64,000 nucleotides of DNA, taken from positions 45,198,001-45,262,000 of the forward strand of contig OX597820.1 of the NCBI GenBank assembly GCA_951406725.2, written 5' to 3'. Source of the stretch: Octopus vulgaris (Eukaryota). Below the pieces are notes generated by a model that saw nothing but the letters and a program-made list of their open reading frames with translations, had not been told where the DNA came from and ran no database searches. Below are positions 63,341 through 64,000 of the stretch, piece by piece. Within the stretch, counting starts at the first letter, position 1; every line of letters starts with the position of its first letter. The translations under genes and the position numbers were made by a program.

Positions 63341-64000
63341 ATACATTAATTTGTTTAAGTTAGTTTAGTCATAAAAGCAGATTTCTGAGACTGTTGATAC
63401 AACGATATCGTAAGCCAGGTCATCTGAGTAGCTTTATGCGCAAATCTCAATACTTTTTCGCTTAATTAATGACTCATTTGCGAAGGTCCACCATATTTGC
63501 AAATCTCCATTTTGTTATATTTGCTGCTAATGGTTTATTTCTCTTTATGTATTTCTTATCTAATTTTGTTTTTCTATTATTTTCCTATTTTTTTATATAT
63601 ATATATATATTTCATGTTTTTAATCTGAATGAATTTTCTGTTATTTAGTCATTTTGTAATATGTTGTTCTAAGAACATACACTCAGGTTTCTCAGTCTGT
63701 CTGTCTGTCTGTCTGTCTCTCTTTGTATGCATGTGTGTGTGTATGTGTTTGTATTTGTGTGTGAGTGAGTGTGTGTGTGTGTGTCGGTGCGTGTGTGTAA
63801 GTATGTGAGCATATATATATATATATATATATTTCACAATCTGGGAAAACATTATCAATGTAGCAACAGTGAAACACACACACACACACCTATATGTGTG
63901 TGTGTTTGTCTGCTGGTATGTGTGCTTATGTGTATGAGACTACATGTTTCCCATTCAGAGTAGACAGTGTAAATATAGCAAAATTGAAGAATATATATAC

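Overview
AT-rich, microsatellite-dense eukaryotic DNA. The repeat families, GAT-tailed RTE LINEs and tRNA-derived SINEs look like a cephalopod, probably Octopus (inference). Host genes: (1) a three-coding-exon plus-strand gene (41150-41459, 53483-53747, 55801-56440; 404 aa) encoding a CABIT-domain, GAREM/THEMIS/serrano-like protein, with four chained uORFs in its leader; (2) one minus-strand proline-rich exon (3799-4037) that probably leads into a WH2-like motif. Most of the rest is transposable-element debris: CR1, L1/Tx1, RTE and R4-like LINEs, Helitrons, piggyBac, hAT-Buster, mariner, maT/DD37D and pogo elements, several MITEs, three SINE families and a probable solo LTR. Highlights: an apparently intact Merlin (IS1595/ISXO2-like) transposon with 8-bp TSD, TIRs and asymmetric 46-bp subterminal arrays; a TSD-flanked chimera in which the exact 5' end of 18S rRNA replaces a SINE's tRNA head; and five hammerhead-ribozyme motifs in several distinct contexts, including one with a perfect core and a long stem II. 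All calls are by eye, with no database searches, and boundaries of degenerate elements are approximate.
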